Source: Nostoc spongiaeforme FACHB-130
Lineage (GTDB): Bacteria > Cyanobacteriota > Cyanobacteriia > Cyanobacteriales > Nostocaceae
Assembly: GCF_014698475.1 (NCBI RefSeq)
Contig: NZ_JACJTB010000020.1
Location: forward strand, 1 to 64,000
Direction: 5' to 3'
Length of the DNA stretch: 64,000 nt
Under the pieces are notes generated by a model. That model saw nothing but the letters and a program-made list of their open reading frames with translations. It searched no databases and had not been told where the DNA came from. The first letter of the stretch is position 1, and each line of letters opens with the position of its first letter. A program made the position numbers and the translations under genes. Positions 9,771-19,093 of this stretch are shown in pieces.

Positions 9771-10033
9771 GTGCAAGATGTGTGAAAATTCACAGTTCAA
9801 CTTCAGATTAAATTGGGTAGAAAATAATGCCGTGTGCAACTTTCTCTTAAACCTAACCCCCAACCCCTCACGCCAATTACTACAACTTTGGGAATCAAGG
9901 TGAGTAATATTCAAAGCCTCTCTCCGGTTTGGAGAGGGGTTTCAAGAATAAGTCGCACAGTATCGGATAAAAAATTACACCAAGTTTAAGAAAATCAGAC
10001 CTGAGCAAGTGAAGTGTTAACTTAGATGATTAG

Positions 10034-12142
10034 TTGCCCAACAGGGCGCATAATATGAAAACTTTTCCATCTTGCTTTGGTAAGAGTAAGCAAAATAAAT
10101 TAGTTCGTTTGGGATTGTCAGCATTAACAGCCTTAGCCATCACGGGCGGTATACATTCAGCTAATGCAGCTTCCCTAAAAACCCAAAGTTCAGCAGAAAT
10201 CGCTTCAGCATCAGTCAGCCTCAGTCAAACACAAGCCGTTACTAATCAGCCTTCCTATCAAGCAATGCAGATAGCACCATTGATTCCCATAGTGGTGCTT
10301 GGTGGCGTTGTTATATTTGTGCCGTTGTTTTTTGGCGGACTCGTAGTGATTGGCGAACGGGAAGTTGGCATTGTCGTGAAAAAATTTGCCCTCTCTGGAC
10401 GCGGACTACCACCCGGAAGATTAATTGCCCTCAACGGTGAAGCTGGTTTGCAAGCCGATACCCTTGCACCGGGTTGGCATTGGGGTTACTGGCCTTGGCA
10501 ATATTCGGTTCGTAAAGAATCGGTGGTGGTAGTACCCCAAGGTGAAATCGCTCTGATTGTAGCCGCAGATGGCGCATCCAACCCACCAGAGAGGATTTTG
10601 GGCAAAATTGTCGATTGTGATAATTTCCAAGATGCACGCAAGTTTCTGACCAATGGCGGCGAAAAAGGCCGTCAAATGGGCTTTCTGACTGCTGGGACTT
10701 ACCGCATTAACACCGCACTGTTTCGCGTCATTATGGCGGCGAATGCCAAACACAATGATATGCAGGCCGAACAATTGCGGGTGTATAGTGTGGCATCAGA
10801 TAAAGTCGGCATTGTCACCACTTTGGATGGTTTACCGATTCCGGCTGGTGAAATTGCAGGGCCGATGATTCCTGGACACGATAATTTCCAGAATGGTCAA
10901 AAATTCCTCAATGCTGGTGGACGCAGAGGTTTGCAAGAGCAAATTTTACTGTCTGGTTCTTGGAACCTGAACCCCTGGTTTGTGCAGGTTGAGCAAGTCC
11001 CCATGTCTGAAATCCCGATTGGTTATGTGGGTGTGGTGATTTCTTTCGTTGGTCAATCTCAAGAAGATGTCAGTGGCGCAACTTTCACGCATGGTAACTT
11101 GGTGAATCCTGGACACAAAGGTGTGTGGATAGAACCGTTGTATCCAGGTAAGCATCCCGTCAACTCTCGAATTATGAAAATTGAGTTGGTTCCCACGACT
11201 AACATTGTGTTGAATTGGTCAAGTCGTACCGAACGCCACAGCTATGATGCTCATTTGGCTTCCTTGACAGTACGATCGCGCGATGGTTTTGCCTTTGATT
11301 TAGAAGTCGCCCAAATTATTCACGTCGGCGCTTTGGATGCACCAAAGGTAATTTCCCGTGTGGGTTCTATGCAAAATTTAGTTGACCATGTATTAGAACC
11401 GACCATTGGTAACTATTTCCGCAACTCTGCCCAAGATTACACTGTACTTGATTTTCTCACCGCCCGGAGCGATCGCCAAGCAGAAGCGGCTGAGTATATT
11501 AGAGCAGCATTACGCGCTTATGATGTACAAGCAATTGACACCTTAATCGGTGATATTCAGCCCCCAGCATCCTTGATGCAAACCCAAACAGACCGCAAAA
11601 TTGCTGAAGAACAACGCAAAACCTACGAAGTGCAGCAGGTAGCCCAAACCCAACGCCAACAACTTGTGCGGGAAACAGCATTGGCTGACATTCAACAAGA
11701 AATGGTGAAATCAGAAAAAAGCGTCCAAATTGCGGAACTCAAAGCCCAAGCCCAAATTCAACACGCCACTGGGGAAGCCGAAGGAATCAAATTACGCGCC
11801 ATAGCCGAAGCCGAAGGGATTCGCGCCACAGGTAACGCCAAAGCCGAAACCTACCGCGCAGGTGTGGAAGCCTTGGGACAACAAGGTTATACAGCTATGC
11901 AATTGATGCAGATTATAGGCGATCGCAACGTCCGATTGATACCAGAAGTTTTAGTCAGTGGTAACGGTAGTAATAATGGCTTGGTAGATGGTTTACTTTC
12001 AATGATTTTATGGAATCAAACAGCCAAGCAAGGTGAAGTCACACCCACACCTTTACATCCACAACCCATAGTTGTGAATAACCCAGCAGTTTCACCAAAT
12101 AATCACTCGCCCATAGTTGCGGAATTCCCAACGGATAAGTAA
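10034..12142 (+). CDS. SPFH/band-7 (flotillin-like) domain membrane protein
   Basis: 702 aa with an N-terminal signal/TM, a central SPFH-like region, and a C-terminal A/E/Q-rich coiled coil (EAEGIKLRAIAEAEGIRATGNAKAETYRAGVEA) typical of flotillin-like proteins. Confidence 0.65.
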   Translation: MPNRAHNMKTFPSCFGKSKQNKLVRLGLSALTALAITGGIHSANAASLKTQSSAEIASASVSLSQTQAVTNQPSYQAMQIAPLIPIVVLGGVVIFVPLFFGGLVVIGEREVGIVVKKFALSGRGLPPGRLIALNGEAGLQADTLAPGWHWGYWPWQYSVRKESVVVVPQGEIALIVAADGASNPPERILGKIVDCDNFQDARKFLTNGGEKGRQMGFLTAGTYRINTALFRVIMAANAKHNDMQAEQLRVYSVASDKVGIVTTLDGLPIPAGEIAGPMIPGHDNFQNGQKFLNAGGRRGLQEQILLSGSWNLNPWFVQVEQVPMSEIPIGYVGVVISFVGQSQEDVSGATFTHGNLVNPGHKGVWIEPLYPGKHPVNSRIMKIELVPTTNIVLNWSSRTERHSYDAHLASLTVRSRDGFAFDLEVAQIIHVGALDAPKVISRVGSMQNLVDHVLEPTIGNYFRNSAQDYTVLDFLTARSDRQAEAAEYIRAALRAYDVQAIDTLIGDIQPPASLMQTQTDRKIAEEQRKTYEVQQVAQTQRQQLVRETALADIQQEMVKSEKSVQIAELKAQAQIQHATGEAEGIKLRAIAEAEGIRATGNAKAETYRAGVEALGQQGYTAMQLMQIIGDRNVRLIPEVLVSGNGSNNGLVDGLLSMILWNQTAKQGEVTPTPLHPQPIVVNNPAVSPNNHSPIVAEFPTDK

Positions 12143-12290
12143 TCTAAATAGTTGAATTAAATCAAACTATTGTGGGGTGGGCATTTTGCCCACCCTACTA
12201 ATAGACTTATTGCACGAATATTGAAAAACTAGAATCTTTAGCCTCACGCAAAGACGCAAAGGCGCAAAGAGTTAAGGAACTGGAGGGTGA

Positions 12291-12479
12291 ATGAAAACTA
12301 TCGAGCAGCTAAAAACACGCATTCGGGAATTGGGACAACTTGCCGCACAGTTCAGTCAGCAAGCTGTTGAGGTAAGTAAAACTAATCGTGAACAAAGCAA
12401 AAATCTGATGAGACAAGCTAGAGAGGCTAGTAAACAGTGTCAGGTATTGATACAAGAGTTAAAAAGACATAAATATTAG
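12291..12479 (+). CDS. Small coiled-coil hypothetical protein
   Basis: 62-aa ORF followed by a GC hairpin (AGGTAGGCAagatGCCCACCT). Confidence 0.3.
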   Translation: MKTIEQLKTRIRELGQLAAQFSQQAVEVSKTNREQSKNLMRQAREASKQCQVLIQELKRHKY

Positions 12480-12559
12480 AATCAGTTAAGCGAATAATTT
12501 TAAGGTAGGCAAGATGCCCACCTTATTAATGAATTGATTACATTTAATTTTGTGAAAGT

Positions 12560-14560
12560 ATGGCATTTGTTGATGAAATCACACCTGAACAAAAATCTTT
12601 AATGCCAAGTTATCGAGAGAAATGGCATGAAATAGCATTTTTAACAAATAGAATTGACCAACAAAAATCTATATCAGCAATTCAAGATGTCTATGAACTA
12701 CTGAAACTGCCCACACCAGAAATTCAATTATTTGATAGTTTATATGCAGCAACAAAAATAGCAAAGCCTCTGTATAAGCGTCCTTACTTCACTGAAACTG
12801 GTTTAGTACATGCAAATGAATTAATAGGTAAGATACATGAGAAGTTGTATATTAACAATATAAATGCTATTGGTCATTGGGATGAATTTATTAATTCTCA
12901 ATTGCGTCCTGGGGCAACTTCAGAAATAGACAGACAGTTATCAGAGAGTTTTAAGAATTACCTTTTAGAAGATAAATCAAAATCTTTTTCATCCAGTTAT
13001 AACTATTATTGGTTTGTTCCTCTTCATTGGTATGCCCGTGAAGGTGGATTCTTCGATTTTCATTTCTCCGTAGTCAGTCATACGCTATTTGAACCTTATG
13101 ATGAATCTGCTTGGAAAGTATTTCAGAAGCTTGTTAAATCGTGTGGTTGGATTATTCCTTTTGAAAACATTTGTTTAGTTTGCGATCGCCCAACTCAGTT
13201 TTTGTTTGATTCCGAAAATTTACTTCATGCAGAAGGAGAAGCAGCAGTTAAATTTATTGATGGCAATGGGCTTTATTCTTACCACGGCGTTACGCTGCCA
13301 ATGGAATATGGAGAAAATCACCCTCATCAATGGCAACCAAAGTGGTTATTAGATGAAACTGATACAGAACTCAAAAAAATTCTAGTTCGAGCTATTACAA
13401 GCAAGGCTGAAAACTATAAAACTCGCTATTTTAAAGAAGCTTTAGAAATGGCTGCCAGCGTAGGAAGGCTGAATATTGTTCAACAGATATTAGCAATACA
13501 GAAATTTGATGGTCATTCTCTATCTAATGCTCTGGCTCATGGAGTCTGGAGTAGAGATATCAAAATTCTAGAAGTTTTAGTTCAGGCTGGTGCTTACTTA
13601 AATCTCCGCACAGAGTGGGGTACACCTTTGATTGCTGCTGCCAGAACAGGAGATGTGAGGATTGTCCGTTACTTGGTAGAAGCAGGCGCAGATCCAAATA
13701 TGTGGATAGACTACGATGGTTACATGAGTCCGCTTTCAGAAGCAAGCTATGAAGGACATCAGGAAGTTTGTGATTATCTTCTCCCTTTAATCACAGACCC
13801 AGAAGAAATTGAATATGCCGAACGAGAGTTACCAAAAGCAGTAATTCGCAAACAGCGACGAGAAAATCAATCCCTACAAAAATTCTTTGATGCTGTTAGT
13901 GAGAGTGATGCAACTACAGTGCGTGAGTTAGTTGCACAAGGTCTAGATATCAATTCTTTAAATGAAAATGGTATTACTGCTGTTCATTGTGCCGTTAATG
14001 GTGGTAATGTACGAATGATCAAGTTGCTGGCAGAATTAGGAGTAGATTTAAATCGCCTCGATGAAGATGGGCGAACGCCCTTGATGAGGGCAATTGGCAT
14101 CTATGCTTTTCAAGCTAGGGCATTGCGGACTTTAATTCGTGCTGGGGCTGACTTCAACTATAGAGATCAGGAAGGATACACAGCTTTGGACTATGCGGTT
14201 TTAGATTCCAGTATCCCAAGAGTTTTTGAAAAAATCCTGCTCTCTGCTGGCGCTCAACATGGTTGTTGGAAAGGAACAGAAATTCATCTTGCAGCCTCAA
14301 GCGGTAATGTCAGGTTAATTAATATTTTGGTATCTTCTGGGATAGATGTTAACCTGTTCTCTGAAACAGATGGTTTAACTCCACTCATGAAAGCTGTTAT
14401 ACATTCCAGAGCTTGGGCAATGCGAACTTTAATCCGTGCTGGTGCAAATGTTAACAGCAGAACTGAGAATGGCGAAACAGCGTTATATTTTGCTGAACAT
14501 ACAGGTAAGAAACATCCAGTGATTAAAAAGATTTTGCTAAAAGTTGGTGCAACGTACTAA
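12560..14560 (+). CDS. Ankyrin-repeat protein with an N-terminal domain of unknown function
   Basis: 666 aa. The C-terminal half contains about 8 ankyrin repeats (G.TPL..A...G....V..L...GAD.N). Confidence 0.75.
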   Translation: MAFVDEITPEQKSLMPSYREKWHEIAFLTNRIDQQKSISAIQDVYELLKLPTPEIQLFDSLYAATKIAKPLYKRPYFTETGLVHANELIGKIHEKLYINNINAIGHWDEFINSQLRPGATSEIDRQLSESFKNYLLEDKSKSFSSSYNYYWFVPLHWYAREGGFFDFHFSVVSHTLFEPYDESAWKVFQKLVKSCGWIIPFENICLVCDRPTQFLFDSENLLHAEGEAAVKFIDGNGLYSYHGVTLPMEYGENHPHQWQPKWLLDETDTELKKILVRAITSKAENYKTRYFKEALEMAASVGRLNIVQQILAIQKFDGHSLSNALAHGVWSRDIKILEVLVQAGAYLNLRTEWGTPLIAAARTGDVRIVRYLVEAGADPNMWIDYDGYMSPLSEASYEGHQEVCDYLLPLITDPEEIEYAERELPKAVIRKQRRENQSLQKFFDAVSESDATTVRELVAQGLDINSLNENGITAVHCAVNGGNVRMIKLLAELGVDLNRLDEDGRTPLMRAIGIYAFQARALRTLIRAGADFNYRDQEGYTALDYAVLDSSIPRVFEKILLSAGAQHGCWKGTEIHLAASSGNVRLINILVSSGIDVNLFSETDGLTPLMKAVIHSRAWAMRTLIRAGANVNSRTENGETALYFAEHTGKKHPVIKKILLKVGATY

Positions 14561-14580
14561 TATCAAGTATCAAAATTGAT

Positions 14581-15159
14581 ATGAATGCCTTAACCTTACA
14601 ATTACCTCCCCATCTCAAATTTACAGATGAAGAATTTGAACAGATTGTTGCTGTTAATAAAGAGTTGCGATTGGAATTAACTGTTGAAGGAGAATTAGTA
14701 ATCATGTCACCCACTGGGGGAGAAACAGGAAGTCGTAATTTTGATTTGTTAGGTCAACTATGGTTTTGGAATAGTCAAAATAATTTAGGAAAAGCATTTG
14801 ATTCTTCCACTGGTTTTAGACTTCCTAATGGTGCAACTCGTTCTCCTGATGCTGCTTGGGTGAGAATAGAAAGATGGAACTCTCTCACGCCAGAACAAAG
14901 AAAAAAATTCCTACCTTTGTGTCCTGATTTTGCGGTGGAATTAGTTTCAGAAACTGATGACGTGGCAGAAACTCAAGCCAAAATGGAGGAATATTTAGCT
15001 TCAGGTTTATTACTTGGTTGGTTAATTAATCCTAAAGACAAACAAGTAATAATTTATCGCCCTCATCAAGCACCTGAAGTTTTACAATCGCCTACAAGTT
15101 TATCTGGTGAAGATATTCTTCCTGGTTTCGTTTTAAACTTGCAGCAGATTTTTGCATAA
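14581..15159 (+). CDS. Uma2-family (DUF820) putative endonuclease
   Basis: 192 aa sharing the pattern EF...V....ELRLELT.EGEL.IMSPTGGE.G..N..L...L..W......G.AFDS..GF.LPNG..RSPDA.WV with the ORFs at 43418 and 44107. Confidence 0.8.
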   Translation: MNALTLQLPPHLKFTDEEFEQIVAVNKELRLELTVEGELVIMSPTGGETGSRNFDLLGQLWFWNSQNNLGKAFDSSTGFRLPNGATRSPDAAWVRIERWNSLTPEQRKKFLPLCPDFAVELVSETDDVAETQAKMEEYLASGLLLGWLINPKDKQVIIYRPHQAPEVLQSPTSLSGEDILPGFVLNLQQIFA

Positions 15160-15165
15160 GTAAAT

Positions 15166-16392
15166 CTACTCCCGATTCTTTTTCATAATTTGCCAACATT
15201 GTTGTGCGATCGCCCAATCTTCTTGAGTATGTATAACTAACACTCGCACTGTAGAATCAGGTGTGGCGATATCTTGATCAACAGGTCGATTTTGATTTTT
15301 TTCGGGGTCAATTTTCACGCCCAAAAATCCAAAGGCTTCGCAGACTGCTTGGCGAATACCTGACGAATTTTCCCCGATACCTGCGGTAAATAACAATACA
15401 TCCAATCCGCCCAGACTAGCCAGCATCGCCCCAATTCCAGACCGCAGGCGATGGACGTACATATCCCAAGCGAGTTGGGCGCGTTCATTCCCTTGGGCGA
15501 TCGCTTCGATCACTTGGGGTAAGTCGCTGGATATTCCCGAAATTCCCCGTAAACCGGAAGCTTTATTTAATACATAATCTAAACTTTCGGACGAGTAATT
15601 AGATTGGCGCATTAGGTAAATTAAAATCCCTGGGTCAATGGAACCGCAACGACTCCCCATCATTAAACCGTCTAAAGGTGTGAAACCCATTGTGGTATCA
15701 ATACTGCGACCATTTTTAATCGCTGCTAACGAACAACCATTACCCAAGTGACAACTAATAATTCGCAACGATGCTAAATCTCGACCGAGAATTTGCGCCG
15801 CCCGTTCAGAACAATATTGATGGCTGATACCATGAAATCCATAGCGGCGAATACCTTGTTCTACCCATTCATAAGGGCCGGGATAAATCGCCGCCGCATC
15901 CGGGAGGGTGGAATGAAACCCTGTATCAAATACTGCCACTTGGGTAACTTCGCCTAAACTTTTCTCGATGGCTTCGATGCCTTCTAATGCGGCGGGGTTG
16001 TGTGCTGGGGCGAGATTAGAGAGACGAGCGATCGCATCTTTTACCTCTTCAGTAATCACCACACTATGGCGGTAGTCTTGCCCACCATGAACTACACGAT
16101 GTCCCACCACATCAATTTCTGACACTTCATTGACTACTTTAGTCGCACCACGGCTGAGGGTATAAAGCATATAAGCTATATGTGCTTGACGAGAGTCACC
16201 ATAAATAGATTCATGCAAAGTTTCACCGGATGCTGTTTTCACCTCAATTTCTGCCGCACCTTGGTCTTGAGTCCAGTTGACTTTGCCTTCCCACAGGGGT
16301 TTGGGTGCTGATTGGGGTAAAGCATCATCAACTATTTCATACAGACAGCTTTTTTGACTGCTGGAACCAGCATTTAGTACTAGGATTTTCAT
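15166..16392 (-). CDS. ackA: Acetate kinase
   Basis: Translation from the internal Met (MKILVLNAGSSS...) gives a canonical ~409-aa acetate kinase. The longer ORF to 16518 is an in-frame upstream extension whose sequence is duplicated elsewhere (see findings). Confidence 0.9.
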   Translation of the reverse strand: MKILVLNAGSSSQKSCLYEIVDDALPQSAPKPLWEGKVNWTQDQGAAEIEVKTASGETLHESIYGDSRQAHIAYMLYTLSRGATKVVNEVSEIDVVGHRVVHGGQDYRHSVVITEEVKDAIARLSNLAPAHNPAALEGIEAIEKSLGEVTQVAVFDTGFHSTLPDAAAIYPGPYEWVEQGIRRYGFHGISHQYCSERAAQILGRDLASLRIISCHLGNGCSLAAIKNGRSIDTTMGFTPLDGLMMGSRCGSIDPGILIYLMRQSNYSSESLDYVLNKASGLRGISGISSDLPQVIEAIAQGNERAQLAWDMYVHRLRSGIGAMLASLGGLDVLLFTAGIGENSSGIRQAVCEAFGFLGVKIDPEKNQNRPVDQDIATPDSTVRVLVIHTQEDWAIAQQCWQIMKKNRE

Positions 16393-16589
16393 AAATTTGA
16401 CCCGTTCTTGACAACACTGGAAAATTTGTTTTGAAGGTGCTGTTAAAGGATGATCGTTAATATGCTCTGGTAAAGGAAATTGATTGCGTTGATTGCGATC
16501 GCCTTGAGGATTCTTCAACCTGCTAAAAGTGGTGGCGAACTAGAAAATTATGCCATTTTGAGCTATTGATAAACCAAATTGAGTCAAAC

Positions 16590-16665
16590 AATTTTGGATT
16601 TTAGATTTGCGATTTTAGATTCAATCCAAAATCCAAAATCCAAAATCTAAAATTCGGAGGGTCAA
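16590..16665. repeat. STRR-like heptanucleotide tandem repeats (CCAAAAT)n with an inverted ATTTTGG/ATTTTAG arm
   Basis: Read directly: ...attttggattttagatttgcgattttagattcaatccaaaatccaaaatccaaaatctaaaattc... Confidence 0.8.
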
Positions 16666-16777
16666 ATTTAGTCGCAAAAGCAAAGTTTTTTGAGAAATGC
16701 AATAGACTTTCATCTAATGTTAATCGAGATGTTTTTTGCTTTATTCTAAGCATCGTTTTACAAAAAAATAAATCTAT

Positions 16778-18355
16778 ATGCTTAGACGAGCGCCCTTATA
16801 TTTTTTTTTAGGAATATTAACGAGTTCTAGCTGTTTCATCTTCAGTGTATCAGCCCAAGTCCCATCTACATCTAATTCGCAGCAGTCCTCAACTCGGAGT
16901 GAAGCTCAAGCTGCTAGTTGGTTTGAAGCCCATCGCTCCCAGCCAGCAGCTTTACGAGCATTTGTACAGCGAATGCCCAAGGGAGGAGATATTCACAGTC
17001 ATCTAAGTGGGGCTGTGTACGCAGAACATTATCTGGAGTGGGGTGCAACCGATGGGTATTGTGTGAATCCACAAGCGGGGACTTTAGTTGAACCCAAGGC
17101 TTGTAATCAGGACAGTAGCTATTTTCCCGCTTCCGAATTGTTCAACCGAACATCTGTTTATGACTCCCTGATAAATCGTTGGTCTACTCGTAACCTGCAA
17201 TTTGCTGGAAAATCTGGACATGACCAATTTTTTGAGGCTTTTGCTGGATTTGGGACAATATCAGATTCTGCCACCCGTCGGGATGATATGGTCGCATCAG
17301 TAGCAAATCGGGCAGCTTCCCAGCATATTACCTATCTAGAGTTAATGCTGACTGTTCAGGGGAGTGAGGTTCGACAGTTAGGGCGGGACGTGGGTTGGAA
17401 TCAAGACTTCAAAGAGATGCACGAGCAATTGCTCAAACGGGGATTAACTCAGCTAGTGACACTCGGCAGTCAGCAATTAATACAGTTGGAGAGTGAAGTT
17501 GCGAAAACCCTTGGTTGCGGCACTCCAGCAGCACAGCCTGGATGTACAGTCACGGTACGCTATTTGCAGCAAACTACCAGAACAAAATCACCTGTGGAAG
17601 TATTTGCTCAGTTAGCTTATGCTTTTGCACTGGCTTCATCCTCCAAGCAGGTAGTTGGGATCAATCTCGTCGCCCCAGAGGATCACCCGATCGCACTGCG
17701 TGACTACACTCTGCAAATGCAGATGCTACAATTTCTCAAACGCCAATATCCCAATGTTAAAATTTCACTTCATGCTGGAGAGTTAACTTTGGGGTTAGTT
17801 CCAACTGAGCATTTACGTTTTCATATTCGGCAAGCTGTAGAAGTAGCACAGGCATCTCGCATTGGACATGGTGTAGATATTCTGTTTGAAGAGCGTCCTT
17901 TTGAGTTGATGAAGCAAATGCAGCAACGCGGCGTGTTGGTGGAAATTTGCCTGACTAGTAATGAAGTCATTTTGAATGTCCAGGGAAATCAACATCCTTT
18001 TATGGAGTATTGGAAAGCTGGAGTCCCAATGACTCTTGCTTCCGATGATGAAGGCATTTCCCGCATCGATTTGAGTCATGAATATATGTTAGCCGCAACA
18101 AGATATGGGCTGGCATATAAAGACCTCAAGCGACTGGCTCGCAATAGCTTAGAATATAGTTTCGCACCCGGAAATAGTCTCTGGAAGTCGCCTGAATTTA
18201 AGGCAATGGTTCCAGCTTGTGCCAGCGATAGTCCTGGTGATACCTCTGTTTCTTCAGGATGCAGTGCTTTTTTGCAAAAGAGCGATCGCGCAAGAATACA
18301 ATGGCAACTAGAGTCGGAATTTACTCGGTTTGAGTCTTTGCAAAACTGGCTTTGA
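16778..18355 (+). CDS. Adenosine/AMP deaminase-family metallohydrolase with an N-terminal signal peptide
   Basis: 525 aa with the motifs IHSHLSG, SLHAGE and TLASDDEG, which match the adenosine deaminase fold metal/catalytic motifs. The N-terminus is hydrophobic. Confidence 0.7.
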   Translation: MLRRAPLYFFLGILTSSSCFIFSVSAQVPSTSNSQQSSTRSEAQAASWFEAHRSQPAALRAFVQRMPKGGDIHSHLSGAVYAEHYLEWGATDGYCVNPQAGTLVEPKACNQDSSYFPASELFNRTSVYDSLINRWSTRNLQFAGKSGHDQFFEAFAGFGTISDSATRRDDMVASVANRAASQHITYLELMLTVQGSEVRQLGRDVGWNQDFKEMHEQLLKRGLTQLVTLGSQQLIQLESEVAKTLGCGTPAAQPGCTVTVRYLQQTTRTKSPVEVFAQLAYAFALASSSKQVVGINLVAPEDHPIALRDYTLQMQMLQFLKRQYPNVKISLHAGELTLGLVPTEHLRFHIRQAVEVAQASRIGHGVDILFEERPFELMKQMQQRGVLVEICLTSNEVILNVQGNQHPFMEYWKAGVPMTLASDDEGISRIDLSHEYMLAATRYGLAYKDLKRLARNSLEYSFAPGNSLWKSPEFKAMVPACASDSPGDTSVSSGCSAFLQKSDRARIQWQLESEFTRFESLQNWL

Positions 18356-18382
18356 TCATGGAATCTAAATTATAGTAGTCTG
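18356..18382. repeat. Left 27-bp direct repeat ATCATGGAATCTAAATTATAGTAGTCT bounding the ATPase/DUF4276 cassette (partner at 20268-20294, 24/27 identical)
   Basis: Read directly from the sequence. Confidence 0.85.
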
Positions 18383-18415
18383 GCTGTGAAATTGTCCTAA
18401 CATCTCTGACTACCG

Positions 18416-19093
18416 CTATATGTTTTCTAGATTTAGTAACCATTGGTGAAAATGCTGGCATTGTTGGCGGATTGTATCTAGTCCAATCTCAATAGCCAGC
18501 AACGAACCATGCAGTACTTTGTCGTATTCTTGACAACACTTGAGAATTCTTTTTGAGGGAGCGGTTAACGGATGATCGTTAATGTGTTCTGGTGAAATAA
18601 ATTGATTGCGATCGCCTTGTAAAATACTAACTACACTAGCATCAAACCACTCAGCAAATACTTGTGGCTGGCTGTACAGCAGTGCCTCAAATTCATGAAC
18701 TAACAAATTAGGGATGAAATTTGTGTGACCGATATCCTGACCCATCTTTTGTTCTAAATATTCAACTTTTTGGAATGGGTCACTAGTATTTGGCAAAGAA
18801 TCCCTTCCGGGAAAATCATTCGGTAAGCGGTACAAATCAAACATTGTGGTCACGAAAGCTGTTTTATCTTCACGGCACTTACGGTCTAATTGTGGCTTAA
18901 TTTTGGCGTAACTTACCACACCTCCTTTGCCTATAGAACTTGTTCTGACCAAAATCGGGTTCAGGAAGATGTCTTTTTCTTGAAAATACTCGTAGAGTAC
19001 TTCTTTCACGAACGTTTCCTCAGTTTGACCTTCAACGAAAACATGGACTCGAATCATCGTGAAGGTCTCCCACCCAGGAGGTTCTTCTTCCAC
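18416..19093 (-). CDS. DUF4276-like small protein with a Toprim-like N-terminal motif (VHVFVEGQTEE); putative nuclease partner of the adjacent ATPase
   Basis: 225 aa. The N-terminal V.VFVEGQTEE motif resembles the conserved-glutamate Toprim/OLD-type motif. It overlaps the upstream ATPase gene by 40 bp. The C-terminal ~35 aa are encoded by a segment duplicated upstream of ackA. Confidence 0.6.
   Translation of the reverse strand: MEEEPPGWETFTMIRVHVFVEGQTEETFVKEVLYEYFQEKDIFLNPILVRTSSIGKGGVVSYAKIKPQLDRKCREDKTAFVTTMFDLYRLPNDFPGRDSLPNTSDPFQKVEYLEQKMGQDIGHTNFIPNLLVHEFEALLYSQPQVFAEWFDASVVSILQGDRNQFISPEHINDHPLTAPSKRILKCCQEYDKVLHGSLLAIEIGLDTIRQQCQHFHQWLLNLENI

Noticed and set aside
12150-12200. Inverted repeat GGGTGGGCAttttGCCCACCC as a regulatory element
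   Set aside because: It sits immediately after the SPFH stop codon followed by a T-rich run, so it is most simply a Rho-independent terminator.
16393-16518. ackA N-terminal extension as the real translation start
   Set aside because: The canonical acetate kinase N-terminus begins at MKILVLNAGSS (16392). The upstream in-frame stretch is better explained as a duplicated gene fragment.
16590-16665. Possible CRISPR array because of short tandem repeats
   Set aside because: The repeats are 7-nt units (CCAAAAT) with no unique spacers, which is typical of STRR elements and not CRISPR. No 28-37-nt repeat/spacer periodicity is seen anywhere in the window.
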